This document shows positions 40,262-50,892 of a DNA stretch of 60,597 nucleotides, one piece after another. The notes below the pieces were generated by a model. It did no database searches and was not told where the DNA came from. It saw only the letters and a list, made by a program, of their open reading frames with translations. Numbering within the stretch: the stretch's first letter is position 1; each line of letters starts with the position of its first letter. Source of the DNA: a bacterium (GTDB lineage Bacteria; Zhuqueibacterota; Zhuqueibacteria; Zhuqueibacterales; Zhuqueibacteraceae). The translations under genes were made by a program, and so were the position numbers. The stretch covers positions 1 to 60,597 of the forward strand of contig JBIOXB010000177.1 of NCBI GenBank assembly GCA_044869275.1, given 5' to 3'.

Positions 40262-43200
40262 TCACACTCCCGCTTTGAAATTCTGTCTCACCTCGGCCTG
40301 GGTGAAGGCATGATTGTAAACCGCGATCAAATAAAATTCGCCGCGCCAGGGATAATTTTGCGTGAGCTCATTCGCCAGCGCCAGCTCGTAATTCTCCCAA
40401 TTGGCAAAGCTGCCGCCGATGGTGGGGCGCGCGTTTGGCGCGGGATCCGTGCCGTTGAGATAAAATCTGATCCGGCCCGAGGCATTGCGCGTATAAACCA
40501 CGTGGCACAACTCCTGCGCCAAATCGAGGTCTTGATAAGCCGGCTGCCCGTTGTTCAAACGCACTCCGTCTTCGTCCGTCTCCGTGGTGCGCAAGCGTAT
40601 TTGGAAACGGTTCTCGACGAGCTGGCCGAGCGTGAAATTGCGCCGGCCGCCGTCCACCGAAAGCGTAACGATTCTGTCCGGGCTTTTGACGCCGGGGATG
40701 CTGGCGGGCTTGATCCAGGCTTCGAGGGTGATTTCGTTCGTCGTTTTCAACGCGTTGAGCAAGCGCAGCGCCGGGCCATTGGATTTGATGATCGTAGGCG
40801 CGACGATGCGCAAACCTCCGTCGAGCCATTGCAGAGGCTGGGTGTTATTGCCGATTTGTTGCATGCGCAAATCAATGGGTGCACCCACGCCGGACACGTC
40901 GTGAACCACAATGCCACTGCCTTCATCAAATAGATACAACACCTGCAAGCCTTCGAGCACACGCGGCGAGGGATGCACCTTGAGATTGATCTCATCGAAC
41001 ACCGGTGCGGCCTGTGCATAATCTTTTGCCGTTAGGCGCAAAACATAGTCGCCCGGCTGCGAGAACCTTGCCGTGGTGAATAGCGCCGCCGCATCGCCGA
41101 AGGTGACAGTTCCAGGCCCGCTCACTTTCGACCATGCCGAGGAGACGACTCCCGGAGGATCGGGCAAGCCATCGTCGGTGATGATGCCGTCCAGCTCTGC
41201 GAACGCGGGCAAAGTAAGCTCAAAATCAGCGCCGGCTTCGACTTCAGGCGCATGGTTGGCGGTTAGCGTAACCAGGGCTTCACTTGCAAGCTGGAAGCTG
41301 GCACCGCGAATTTCCACCGTCAGTTTCAACACGTACACACCGCTTTTCGAGAAACTTGCGGTGGTACCGAGCAAGCCTTCATCTGCAAAACTCACTTCTC
41401 CCGGGCCGCTCACTTTTGTCCAGCGCCTCACGATGACGCCATCGGGGTCGGCAAGCCCTAAATCGATTACCTCGCCGGTGAGTGCGGCGGTATGCGGTAA
41501 TGTGATGATTGGCTCCGTGCTGGCGCGAATCACTGGCGCTTGATTCACAAAGACCGTTACCGCGGCCGTGGCGGCCAGATGGCCGTTATGCACCGACAAT
41601 TGCAGCACATACTTGCCATATGCGGTAAAGCTGACGGGCGTCTGCAAATCGTGCGGATCCGCGAATATCGCCTGTCCCGGCCCCTCGAGCTGCGACCAAT
41701 GCAACTCGAGATTCTTTGGCAGAGATTCATCCCCCAAACCGTCATGCGAGATGAGGGCATGCAGTTGCGTGATCGCGGAGGGCATGGCCAGCCATTGCGT
41801 CTGACCGGCAACGATAGTCGGTGCTTTGTTGACAGTGAGCTTCAGCTCATCGCTGGCGGAAAGCTGTTCGTCGGAGGCGGTGAGACGCAAGATGTAAACT
41901 CCGCTGTCGCTGCATGCCGCCGTTGTGCTCAAAGCATCGGAGTTATCAAATGCCACCGTGGTCACGCCGCTCACTTGCGTCCACTTCACCGCGATTTGTT
42001 CGGGCTGCAAACGATCATCGATCAACAAGCCCTGCAGCGTCGCAGCGCTGGGCAGATTGATGGTTTGATCGTTGCCCGCAAATACGAACGGCGGCAAATT
42101 GGTGTCCGCGCCGAATTCAAAATTTTGCAACACTTCTGCCGCAGACAACGCACGATTATAAATCGCGGCCAAATGAAACTCGCCCGACCACGCGCGATCG
42201 TGCAGGCCCTCGTCGTCCCATTCGTTGCCCAGTGCCAGGCGCGCGTTGCGATCCCAGTTCGAAAAATTCCCCGACAACAGGCGCTGGCCGGCCTCTGCGC
42301 CGTCAATGTAAATGCGCAGCACGCCCGCGGCTTCGCGTGTGAGCACAACGTGCGTGAGCTGGCTCACTTTCACCTCGCCGGCAGCCAGTGCTTTGTTGCT
42401 CGCGTTGAAATTCGTGGTATCCGTACGCACCGCCGCATAGTAGCGCTTGCCACGTTGTCCGAGGGTAAAGTTGCGGCTGCCCGGTCCCGAGGAGAGCGTC
42501 ACCATACGCGCCAAGCCGCTTTGTTCTGCCTGTGCCGGCTTGATCCATGCTTCGACGGTCAACGCATTCGTTTGCTGTATCGCGTTGAACAAGCGCGCAG
42601 GCGGCTGGCCGATTTGCATGCGCGCTGGTTCTTGCAAAGCCAAACCGCCTTCAACCCAGCTCGTACCCTGCATGGGCAGCGCGAGCGGCAACGCCGGCTC
42701 GACGGCGGCAACGTCACGCACCCAAGCGCCGCTGCCTTCTTTGAACACGTACAGAGTTTGCAGACCTTGCATCACGCGGCCGGCGACCGCAATCACGATA
42801 TCATCACTGGCGTTGAAAAAGCCGTTGCTCACCGTGAGGCGCAGCAAATACGGCCCGCTTTTCGTAAACGTTGCCGCAGTGGACAAGGCCTCATCGTTGG
42901 CAAAATTCACTTGACCTGGCCCGCTCTCCATCGACCATTTGTAAGTGAGTTGACCGCCCTGTTCGTCGCCCAGCCCGGAATCCAACAACGCGCCAACCAG
43001 TTGCGCGGTCTCGCGCAAGCGGATTTCTTTGTCCTCACCCGCAAAAACCACCGGCTCGCTGTTCACCACGACGGTGAGATCGTCGCTCACCGCAAACAGA
43101 CCATCGTTAATGGTAAGGCGCAAAACGTAAACCCCGCGGCCACCAAAACTCGCCCTGGTGTTCAGGCTATTCTCGTTTTCAAACGTCACATTGCCCGGCC

Positions 43201-46200
43201 CGCTGATTGTGCTCCACAAGATCAATAGGTTTTCCAACGGCTGCTGGCTATTGATGAGCGTGCCCTGCAGCTCGAGACTCTCGTTGATGGGTATGTTCTG
43301 CGGATTGTCCGGCCCGGCATCAACTTCGGGCAATAACGGCGCGCCGGCATCGACAAAATCCTCTTCACCGCTACCCAGCAACAGGGTGTCTGCCGTGATG
43401 CCGAAGTACAAGCTCATGTATTGAATGATGGCTTCGGTATGCGGCTGCAGCTCGGGATGATAGGTCTTGATGGTCTCGCGAATGGTGCGCGAGAACTCCG
43501 CAAAATTGGTGAGCTTGTTGGCCACGAAGGGTTCGAGCAACTTAATCAGCTCATAGTTGCTGTCGAGGTCGAGCAGCTTCAGCGTCTGTTCCAGCGGCGA
43601 GGCGGTGGGGTCGGGAAAATCGCGCAAGATGCGGCTCACGAAGGTGACGCGGTGCATCACGCGCCAGCACGGCGGCTTCTTGCCGCTTTGCCGCGCTTCG
43701 CGCAAGGCTGCGGCATTGGGATCGTCGCTTTGCTCGATCCAAATCGGGTCCACGACTTTGCTGAAAAACGTATCGAAATTTTCAGGCTTGGGCTCGAGGT
43801 AAAACGTCATGAAGCGATACGCATTGACTTTGCCCGGCCATTTTTTCGGCTTGGGATTGTTGGGATCAGTGTGGTCCATCACGATCTCGCCTTCGGGCGT
43901 ACGGAAATAAATGTTGCGCTCCACTCCGCTGAGCTCGGCGTTCACACCAAAGGTGGTTTCCGAGACTTCACTCTTGGTCACGGTGAGATTGATGTGCCCG
44001 CCGAACATGGCCTGCACTTCGAGCTTGGCGGCAACGCCGAAAACCGTGAAGGCCGCCGTGAGATGGCCACCCGCCTGGCCTTTGAAGGCATAGGAGCCGC
44101 CCATGGACTCTTGCAGCACGTCGAACGTCTCTTGCGTCTCGGCAAACAAGCCGCCGTCGGAAGTCCACACATACGTGTTGACCAAATTGCGCTTTTCGAT
44201 TTTCGGCAGGTTGTTGAGCATCCTGCCTTCGGCCAAATCCTTGCTGGAAAAATGCACCGCCTCTTGCCGCCGGCCTTTTGCGCCCGCGTCCCATTGCTCG
44301 TAAAACGCGCGCAACGTTTCTTCTTCGCGCGTGATGCGGTTCTTCAAGCCGTACGCTTCGAGGGGTTTGAAGTAGCTGCTATCCGGACTATAAGTAAGCG
44401 CGTTGGGGTAATCGATGTCGGTCTCGAAACCGACTTTGCCGTCGAGCGTGCCCTGCTTGGTGTAGTGCGGATTGAGGGGAAACGAGATGATGTTCCAATC
44501 TTTGGGAATGTCGGGATTGGGCCGCATTTGATACGATACCAGCGCATCGTTGTGCGCCAGGCGCAGCGCGAACACGTCTGCGGTTTCGGATTGCACCAAG
44601 GCAAAGCCGGCGTTGTCCGGGAGGTAACGGCGCCCCACTTTGGGATAGGGATACCTCACACTGTTGAGGTTTTCGACGATGCCGCGCAGCTCGAGCTTGC
44701 TGGTTTTCGTCGTGGTGCGGCCGCGGCCGATGCTGGCGTCTTGCAGCCAGCCCAGGCTGTGCTCGAACGTGGCTTTGATGCCGCCGCTCACCTCCGCTTC
44801 CACCACCTCGGTGAGCACGATGGGCGCCAGCGGCACCACCGGCGTGCTCGTGAACACCTGCGCGCCGCCGCCCAATTCCGCCGACAATTCGACGTTCATA
44901 TCGAAGCCGCGATCGCGCTCCGCGGAGTACGTGAACGTGGTCTTGTCCGCGTCCGAGATTTCGATGGCAGTCGCGCCATCGTAATCCGTGAATTCCTTCA
45001 GCACATAGTCGAAGAAAGTGAGATTCTCGCTCGGCGCCGGTGGCGGGCCTTCGATAAAACCGATGAGCTCGGGATCGAACTGCACCTGGCCGACCCACTC
45101 CGTCACCAGATTGCCGACTTTGAAGCCGGTGATCAAATGCCATTGTCCGTTTCTGACGAAACCATAGCAGCGTTTGAGCACGCCCAGGAGATTGCCTTCG
45201 ACGTCGTACTGCAAATCGCCGTACTCCTGCACCGCCACGCGGCTCTGTAAAATACCGCTGAACGGCGTGCGGATGCCGGCGAGCGCGCTGCGCACCTGCG
45301 GCGTGTCTTCCGCAATCGGCGCGGTGGAGAACACGTACAGCGTGTCAACCAGGCTGAGATCATTGCCGCGGAAGGAGTGGTCGGTCAGCTCGCCGGGTTT
45401 TTCCGCATCGAAGGTGTAATACGCAATCAGCTCTTCTTTTTCGCCCAGCAGGCGCGTGAACAGGTTGTCTTGAATTTGCTCCTGCGTGCGCGGCATGCGC
45501 CAGACGCGCACTTCTTCCATTTCGCCCTGGAAAAAACTTTGCACGGTATTATTGTCAAGCGCACCCAGAGCGAATTGATCCTTGTCCACCGGAAAGCCGG
45601 CGGCGTTCTTGAACTCCGTGGCCACGGTCTCACCGTTGCGATACAGCGTCAAACGGGAGGCATTGAATTCGGGATTCTTGATCCATTCGATATTGCCTTT
45701 GAAGCGCGCATGGTTGCTGCTTTTGGCGTCGAAGGCGATATTGCCCTCGTTCTCTTCAAAGCGCCACCACGAGACCAGGCCCTTTTCATTGCCGATGAGA
45801 TCGACGCCGAGGTTCTCCGGCTCACGCGCGACGTTCCAGATGCGCACCTCGCTGATCACGCCTTTGCAGCGCGCTTCGATGAGATTGGGCATGAACGCGC
45901 GGCCGATCTCCAGCGCATCGCCGCTGCTGCCAATTTCCGGCCCCACATACTTCGCCGAACCGCAGGCCGCCATCGCCCCCGCATAATTCTTTTTGTAGAA
46001 CTTAATATCGTGCCACTGCTCCACTTTCGTGCCGGTGAGATTGCCGCTGCTGTCGCGCTGCTCGGTGGTCACCACTTGGTGCTTGCGCGTGATGGCGATA
46101 CGGTTGAAATAGCCGCGGCGCAGCGCACCGGCTTCGGACTGGAACGCGTGATTGCCGTTCTCCACATCTTCGAAAGCGAAAACCAGACGATCATCCTCTT

Positions 46201-49200
46201 CCGCGTAAAGCGCATAGGGCGAATTCTTCTCGGTGCCGTCGTCGATTTTGCCTTTGCTGAGAATCCCGAACGGGTGGCGATGCTCCGCGCGCAAAAAGAC
46301 TTCGAGGGTTAAATCGCCGACAATATCGAGCGTGCTGTCGCTGCCGCAATCGAGATACGAGGCGCCGTCGAGTTTTACGGCGTAGGACTGATTGTACGCC
46401 GCCGCGAGATGGGTCCAACTGCCGGCGGCGAACACCTCTTTCGCTTGTACGAACAACTCGCCCACACCGGCGTAAGCGGCGTAACCCGGCAGCGGCGAAA
46501 CCGCAAGCTGCGGATTGCCGTGGCGTACACCGTCATTGCGGTATCGCGAAAAGTCGCGCGCGAAGCCTGCTTCAAAATGCCAATAGCCCACGAGATCGGT
46601 TTCATTGCCGCCCAGTTGGCGGTTCATATCGCCGCGAATTTCGGTCTCGCTGCGCCCGCGTTTCCAGATGCGCACGTCGTCGATCTCGCCTTTAAACAGC
46701 CGCTCCTGGCTCCCGCCGCGGCTGCCGATGGCCCAGTCCGCCTGCACTTGCAGCGCGCCAGTGGTTTCGCTTTGCAATGCGACTTCGACACCGTTGCGAA
46801 ACAGTCGCCATGCGCTGCCGTCATAAACTCCGGCGAGATGAATCCAATTGAGGCCGGTCTGATCCGCCGCCGGCATTTCAAATGAGGCCAGGTGATTGCT
46901 GCCGTTCCAAGAACCGACTTGATAAAAGTATTTGTTGTTGTTGCGGAGGAGACGCAGAAAAACTTCACGGTCGGGATTATTGGCATAGCCGTGCGCTACG
47001 ATATTCTGAAACGGTTTATTGGCATCGACTTCTGGCTTAATCCACACCTCGATGGTAATGGCGCCGGAAAAATTTAACGCCTCATGATTGGGAATGCTGA
47101 CGTAATCATCCACGCCATCAAAACTCAGCGCCGACCTTAGCTCCTTGCGCTCCAACCCCAGAGCGTAGCGCGAATCCGGAGAACGATGTTGTAGGATCTG
47201 GCCCTTGTTTTCGATCACTTGCGGCCGTACCCAGGCTTCCAGCGTGATATCGCCGCCGGCAGCGAACTTTTTCATATCCGCCGCCGAAGCGAGATGCGCA
47301 TAGCTTTTCGCACCGTCGAACGCCAGCGTATGGCCGGGCGCGGCGGCGGTCCACAAACACGAAATAGTGTTACCGCTCGCGAGCTCTTGATCGATTTGAA
47401 CTTCGCCCGTGGTGTTGAGCGCACTCGCCAAAATGAGAAGCGAGCCGTTGCTTAAGTCGCTTGGGATTTTCGTGGCACTCGCATGTTGCGCATAATCATA
47501 CTCGATAAAAAAGACGGGCACGGCCTCACCCGGCGCGCTGGTGGCCGCGCTTTGCACGAGAATCGTCGTCGCGCCTTTGGGCGTGCTTTCCACCACGGTC
47601 ATGCGCAGCTCGCCCGCGCGCAGCGTCATTCCCACTTCCAACGCGCGGTGGCAGCCGGCCGCGAGGTTCACGCCTTCGATGCGGCCTGCATTCACCACGA
47701 TGGTTCCGGTGCCGATATAGGCGCGCTCGTTTGCCAGGCCGTTCAACACCTTGGCAAAACGCTCGGGATGCCGGGGCACTTGCCGCCAGGTTTCGACGAT
47801 CTGATTGCCGTCTTTATCCTCCGGCCCGGTGATCGTCACCGTGCAAGCCGCATCATCCAGATCAACACCGACCTTGATCTTGAGCTTGTCCATCTCCGGC
47901 TCGGTGGAACGCGCCACGCAGAGCACGCATTCGCTCCCGCGCGCATCCACCAGACGATATTGCGGCCGTTGCGTTAGGGTGTTGTAATACGTCACGAAGA
48001 ATTGATCATCCGTGCCGCGAAAATAAAGCGCGAGCTTGCCTGTGGCACTGTCGAACAACAGCGGGGCTTCATTCGTCCAAGCAAACTCCAGCAGGCCGCC
48101 GGTGAGGCTCAAGCCGACGGGGTCAGTGAATACTAACGACATGGGCTTGGCCACGCCCTGGCTGAGCGACACCCGCAGCTGAGCCAATTCGGTCTGCTGG
48201 CTGGTCAGCAACGATTCTTTTGCACTCCGCTGTCGCGATTTGTCTTGCCGGCTGAGGTCGAGATTGGTGCGTTCGTCACGCAAGGCTTGCGTGGAATTCG
48301 CCACGGCATTCTCGGCGTCAACGCGCGCTTGCGCCGCAGCGCTCAATTGTTGATCGAAGCTGGTGTTGGTGCGAATATCCAAACTTGAAATGATGTCGTT
48401 CCAATCCTCACCGACATAGCTGGTACCCGAAGTGAAGGTCTTGGACTTGCCGCCGCGATTGGCGTGCTCATACACCGTGACTTGCAGCGCTTCGGATATG
48501 GTGATGGAAGAGATAATGTCGTTAAAGCCGTGCCCGCGTAAATCCGTATATCCCACAAAGCCACCGCCGAATTGACCGCCATTGCGGCCGTATGAAATGA
48601 CGCGACCGCGAAAACTGCTGTGCTCGTACAGCCATACCCGGCCGCTGGCCAGCTCGTTCTGCAACGTTTGCTCGCGGCTGCGCGCTTGTGCAAGCGTGGC
48701 GCGATCATCCTGCAGTTTTTGAATCTTGGTGTTGATACGTTCGCGCTCGGTGAAGCGAATGTCCGTGACACGCCGGTTGTCGGTATTGCCGATGGCCTCG
48801 TTGACGATATCGACCACGCCATTGAGCACCTCGATTTCATCCGTGAGATTGACAATATCGTTGCGCAGGCTCAACACCTCTTGCTCGCGCACGCTGGCCT
48901 CGTTGAGCTGCTCGTCGATCGTCTTGCCGCCCAGCGTCGGCTGCGGAATCAGCGGCAGCTCCAAGTGGTCCGGAGTCTGCGCCAGGCGGCCCGTGCTCGC
49001 CACGCCAAAATCGAGCGCAGCGATTTCTTTATTCACGCCATTTGCGCTTTGGGTGGCCACGGCCAGCATCACACGCGCGCTGTGTTTGAGCGGCTTGGCC
49101 GCCCTTTCATATCCCGTTGCGGTTTTTTCTTGGTGATAATACAACAGCGCCGCCGGACCGGAAGCCAGCTCGCGGCCCGCAATGCGAAAGCTGCTGCGCT

Positions 49201-50764
49201 GCAAACCGGAATTCTCGCCGATCGGTGCCTCGGAAGTGACCCACTCACCGCCATGAATCGTACCGTTTATCGCGGCCTCTGTTTGATCGTATGCGACCTC
49301 GCCCGAAGCCTCGTCAAAACGCCAATAGCCTGCAAGCCCGGGCTCGAGACCGGTGAGGCGCTGGCGCATCTCCGCTTGAATCTCGGCCTGCAAACGCGGG
49401 CGATGCCACAAGCGAATCTCGTCCAGCATGCCTTGCCATGAATTGCCGTTCGGGTCGCCGAAATAGCGCGTGCTGCTTGCCGCCGGATTCTTGCCGGCAA
49501 GAAGCTCGCGCACAACTTGTTTCGCACCGCCGATGTAAACCTCGACCTGCGAGGTGCGATGCCTTTCATTGCCGTTCACATACACGCGATAGGAGTCACC
49601 ATTGAACGTCACCGCGAGATGATTCCACGCGTTGAGCGTGAGAATGTGGCCGGTGGTGAATTCGTACCATTTCTCCCCGTCGCCAAAGCCCGCACGCACG
49701 GCTTTGCCTTGATAAGTCCACAGCGAGGGCGGCGCAGCGTGATCCCTGCCGTTACTGCCGTTGCCGGTGAGCAAAGCTTGTGTGCCGACATCGCTGGTGG
49801 GATAAATCCAAGCTTCTTGCGCAAACGTGCCGCCGGCTTTCACGCCGCTGCCCAGATCAACATGCCAGCTGCCATTTGCAAAACGCAAAGCCGATTCGGC
49901 ATGGCCGAAGAAAATTGGCTCTTGCGAACCGCGGGTATTGAACAACCCATCAGCCGCGCGTTCGAGGTTATGAGAATCCATCGCGCCGGTTTTGCCGTTA
50001 TGGCTGAAGATTTGCCAGCGCTGCACGCCCACCACTTGCGTGGGCAGCAACAATGCCGTGAAACGGCCCTCAGTCAAATTGCCAATGAAGCGTAATTCCT
50101 GCGTCGGCTCGAAGAAGGGTTTGTCTTCCATGTCCTTCGCGCCGAGACTATCTTTGCGGCTTTCCGGCCGGGACTTGCTGCGACTGCGCTGATAGCGCAC
50201 TTCCATTTTGGTTTTCAATTCCGTGCCCGCGAGCACGAAGCGGTCAACAAGCAATGTCGAGTTGACGATGGGCACGGGATTGCCGCCGTCGTCTTTGACA
50301 GGATTGCCGTCGGCATCGAGCTTGAACACCATGTCAACATGATGCGCGTTAATCGCCTGCCGGAAGATGAACACGTGCCGGCCATCGGACAATGCTTGAA
50401 ACGGCGCATCCGCCGTGAGCCGCGCGGTGGTGGAGAGAAATAGATCTTTTTCTTCTTCGCGCACGCGCATGCCCGGCGCCACCGGCGTGCGGCTGCCTTT
50501 TTTGACGGGCGGCAGCATGGTCTGATCAGCCACGCCCACACCGACTTCCGCAATTTCGTTGGGAAAAAATAGTTCCTTGGGGTTGCCCAGCCAATAATTC
50601 ACATCGAGGGGGGATTTGATGCTGGTGTTTTCGAGATCCAAAACCGAGTAGAAAATGCGCCGCTCGCTATCGAGCGCAAACGCAATGACCGTGCCTTTGT
50701 GGCGCACGGTGGTAACGTGTTTGTAGATGCGGTTGCTGTAGGTCTTGATGAAAGTGCTGAGCAT
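40262..50764 (-). CDS. Giant 3500-aa multidomain protein (LamG-like jellyrolls, beta/gamma-crystallin, coiled coil, PKD-like repeats)
   Basis: ATG at 50764 after AAAGGAG; repeated TLEAW.KP / G.IDEVR.W / GYW.F.E LamG motifs; LYEH..F.G and WND.ISSL crystallin motifs; six V.AG.D..W....GPG repeats. Confidence 0.88.
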   Translation of the reverse strand: MLSTFIKTYSNRIYKHVTTVRHKGTVIAFALDSERRIFYSVLDLENTSIKSPLDVNYWLGNPKELFFPNEIAEVGVGVADQTMLPPVKKGSRTPVAPGMRVREEEKDLFLSTTARLTADAPFQALSDGRHVFIFRQAINAHHVDMVFKLDADGNPVKDDGGNPVPIVNSTLLVDRFVLAGTELKTKMEVRYQRSRSKSRPESRKDSLGAKDMEDKPFFEPTQELRFIGNLTEGRFTALLLPTQVVGVQRWQIFSHNGKTGAMDSHNLERAADGLFNTRGSQEPIFFGHAESALRFANGSWHVDLGSGVKAGGTFAQEAWIYPTSDVGTQALLTGNGSNGRDHAAPPSLWTYQGKAVRAGFGDGEKWYEFTTGHILTLNAWNHLAVTFNGDSYRVYVNGNERHRTSQVEVYIGGAKQVVRELLAGKNPAASSTRYFGDPNGNSWQGMLDEIRLWHRPRLQAEIQAEMRQRLTGLEPGLAGYWRFDEASGEVAYDQTEAAINGTIHGGEWVTSEAPIGENSGLQRSSFRIAGRELASGPAALLYYHQEKTATGYERAAKPLKHSARVMLAVATQSANGVNKEIAALDFGVASTGRLAQTPDHLELPLIPQPTLGGKTIDEQLNEASVREQEVLSLRNDIVNLTDEIEVLNGVVDIVNEAIGNTDNRRVTDIRFTERERINTKIQKLQDDRATLAQARSREQTLQNELASGRVWLYEHSSFRGRVISYGRNGGQFGGGFVGYTDLRGHGFNDIISSITISEALQVTVYEHANRGGKSKTFTSGTSYVGEDWNDIISSLDIRTNTSFDQQLSAAAQARVDAENAVANSTQALRDERTNLDLSRQDKSRQRSAKESLLTSQQTELAQLRVSLSQGVAKPMSLVFTDPVGLSLTGGLLEFAWTNEAPLLFDSATGKLALYFRGTDDQFFVTYYNTLTQRPQYRLVDARGSECVLCVARSTEPEMDKLKIKVGVDLDDAACTVTITGPEDKDGNQIVETWRQVPRHPERFAKVLNGLANERAYIGTGTIVVNAGRIEGVNLAAGCHRALEVGMTLRAGELRMTVVESTPKGATTILVQSAATSAPGEAVPVFFIEYDYAQHASATKIPSDLSNGSLLILASALNTTGEVQIDQELASGNTISCLWTAAAPGHTLAFDGAKSYAHLASAADMKKFAAGGDITLEAWVRPQVIENKGQILQHRSPDSRYALGLERKELRSALSFDGVDDYVSIPNHEALNFSGAITIEVWIKPEVDANKPFQNIVAHGYANNPDREVFLRLLRNNNKYFYQVGSWNGSNHLASFEMPAADQTGLNWIHLAGVYDGSAWRLFRNGVEVALQSETTGALQVQADWAIGSRGGSQERLFKGEIDDVRIWKRGRSETEIRGDMNRQLGGNETDLVGYWHFEAGFARDFSRYRNDGVRHGNPQLAVSPLPGYAAYAGVGELFVQAKEVFAAGSWTHLAAAYNQSYAVKLDGASYLDCGSDSTLDIVGDLTLEVFLRAEHRHPFGILSKGKIDDGTEKNSPYALYAEEDDRLVFAFEDVENGNHAFQSEAGALRRGYFNRIAITRKHQVVTTEQRDSSGNLTGTKVEQWHDIKFYKKNYAGAMAACGSAKYVGPEIGSSGDALEIGRAFMPNLIEARCKGVISEVRIWNVAREPENLGVDLIGNEKGLVSWWRFEENEGNIAFDAKSSNHARFKGNIEWIKNPEFNASRLTLYRNGETVATEFKNAAGFPVDKDQFALGALDNNTVQSFFQGEMEEVRVWRMPRTQEQIQDNLFTRLLGEKEELIAYYTFDAEKPGELTDHSFRGNDLSLVDTLYVFSTAPIAEDTPQVRSALAGIRTPFSGILQSRVAVQEYGDLQYDVEGNLLGVLKRCYGFVRNGQWHLITGFKVGNLVTEWVGQVQFDPELIGFIEGPPPAPSENLTFFDYVLKEFTDYDGATAIEISDADKTTFTYSAERDRGFDMNVELSAELGGGAQVFTSTPVVPLAPIVLTEVVEAEVSGGIKATFEHSLGWLQDASIGRGRTTTKTSKLELRGIVENLNSVRYPYPKVGRRYLPDNAGFALVQSETADVFALRLAHNDALVSYQMRPNPDIPKDWNIISFPLNPHYTKQGTLDGKVGFETDIDYPNALTYSPDSSYFKPLEAYGLKNRITREEETLRAFYEQWDAGAKGRRQEAVHFSSKDLAEGRMLNNLPKIEKRNLVNTYVWTSDGGLFAETQETFDVLQESMGGSYAFKGQAGGHLTAAFTVFGVAAKLEVQAMFGGHINLTVTKSEVSETTFGVNAELSGVERNIYFRTPEGEIVMDHTDPNNPKPKKWPGKVNAYRFMTFYLEPKPENFDTFFSKVVDPIWIEQSDDPNAAALREARQSGKKPPCWRVMHRVTFVSRILRDFPDPTASPLEQTLKLLDLDSNYELIKLLEPFVANKLTNFAEFSRTIRETIKTYHPELQPHTEAIIQYMSLYFGITADTLLLGSGEEDFVDAGAPLLPEVDAGPDNPQNIPINESLELQGTLINSQQPLENLLILWSTISGPGNVTFENENSLNTRASFGGRGVYVLRLTINDGLFAVSDDLTVVVNSEPVVFAGEDKEIRLRETAQLVGALLDSGLGDEQGGQLTYKWSMESGPGQVNFANDEALSTAATFTKSGPYLLRLTVSNGFFNASDDIVIAVAGRVMQGLQTLYVFKEGSGAWVRDVAAVEPALPLALPMQGTSWVEGGLALQEPARMQIGQPPARLFNAIQQTNALTVEAWIKPAQAEQSGLARMVTLSSGPGSRNFTLGQRGKRYYAAVRTDTTNFNASNKALAAGEVKVSQLTHVVLTREAAGVLRIYIDGAEAGQRLLSGNFSNWDRNARLALGNEWDDEGLHDRAWSGEFHLAAIYNRALSAAEVLQNFEFGADTNLPPFVFAGNDQTINLPSAATLQGLLIDDRLQPEQIAVKWTQVSGVTTVAFDNSDALSTTAACSDSGVYILRLTASDEQLSASDELKLTVNKAPTIVAGQTQWLAMPSAITQLHALISHDGLGDESLPKNLELHWSQLEGPGQAIFADPHDLQTPVSFTAYGKYVLQLSVHNGHLAATAAVTVFVNQAPVIRASTEPIITLPHTAALTGEVIDLGLADPDGVIVRRWTKVSGPGEVSFADEGLLGTTASFSKSGVYVLKLTVEIRGASFQLASEALVTLTANHAPEVEAGADFELTLPAFAELDGIITDDGLPDPPGVVSSAWSKVSGPGTVTFGDAAALFTTARFSQPGDYVLRLTAKDYAQAAPVFDEINLKVHPSPRVLEGLQVLYLFDEGSGIVVHDVSGVGAPIDLRMQQIGNNTQPLQWLDGGLRIVAPTIIKSNGPALRLLNALKTTNEITLEAWIKPASIPGVKSPDRIVTLSVDGGRRNFTLGQLVENRFQIRLRTTETDEDGVRLNNGQPAYQDLDLAQELCHVVYTRNASGRIRFYLNGTDPAPNARPTIGGSFANWENYELALANELTQNYPWRGEFYLIAVYNHAFTQAEVRQNFKAGV

Positions 50765-50784
50765 GGCGGCGGCTCCTTTGTTGT

Positions 50785-50892
50785 CATTGACAATTGACCA
50801 TTGGCAATCGGTGATTATCAATTCATCATTCACAATTGGCAATTCACCATTCTCAATTCACAATTGGCTATCAGCAATGGTGAATGGCGAAA
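50785..50892. repeat. Heptamer array (CAATTxx/CATTxxx) with a short opposite arm
   Basis: About 13 units cattgac aattgac cattggc ... aattcac aattggc, then aatggtg aatggcg; directly upstream of the giant gene RBS. Confidence 0.8.

Noticed and set aside
41540..45250. Long plus-strand ORFs (562 and 609 aa; also 640-1863, 6023-7693, 8499-9704, 53595-55055)
   Set aside because: Antisense shadows of GC-rich genes with no recognisable motifs.
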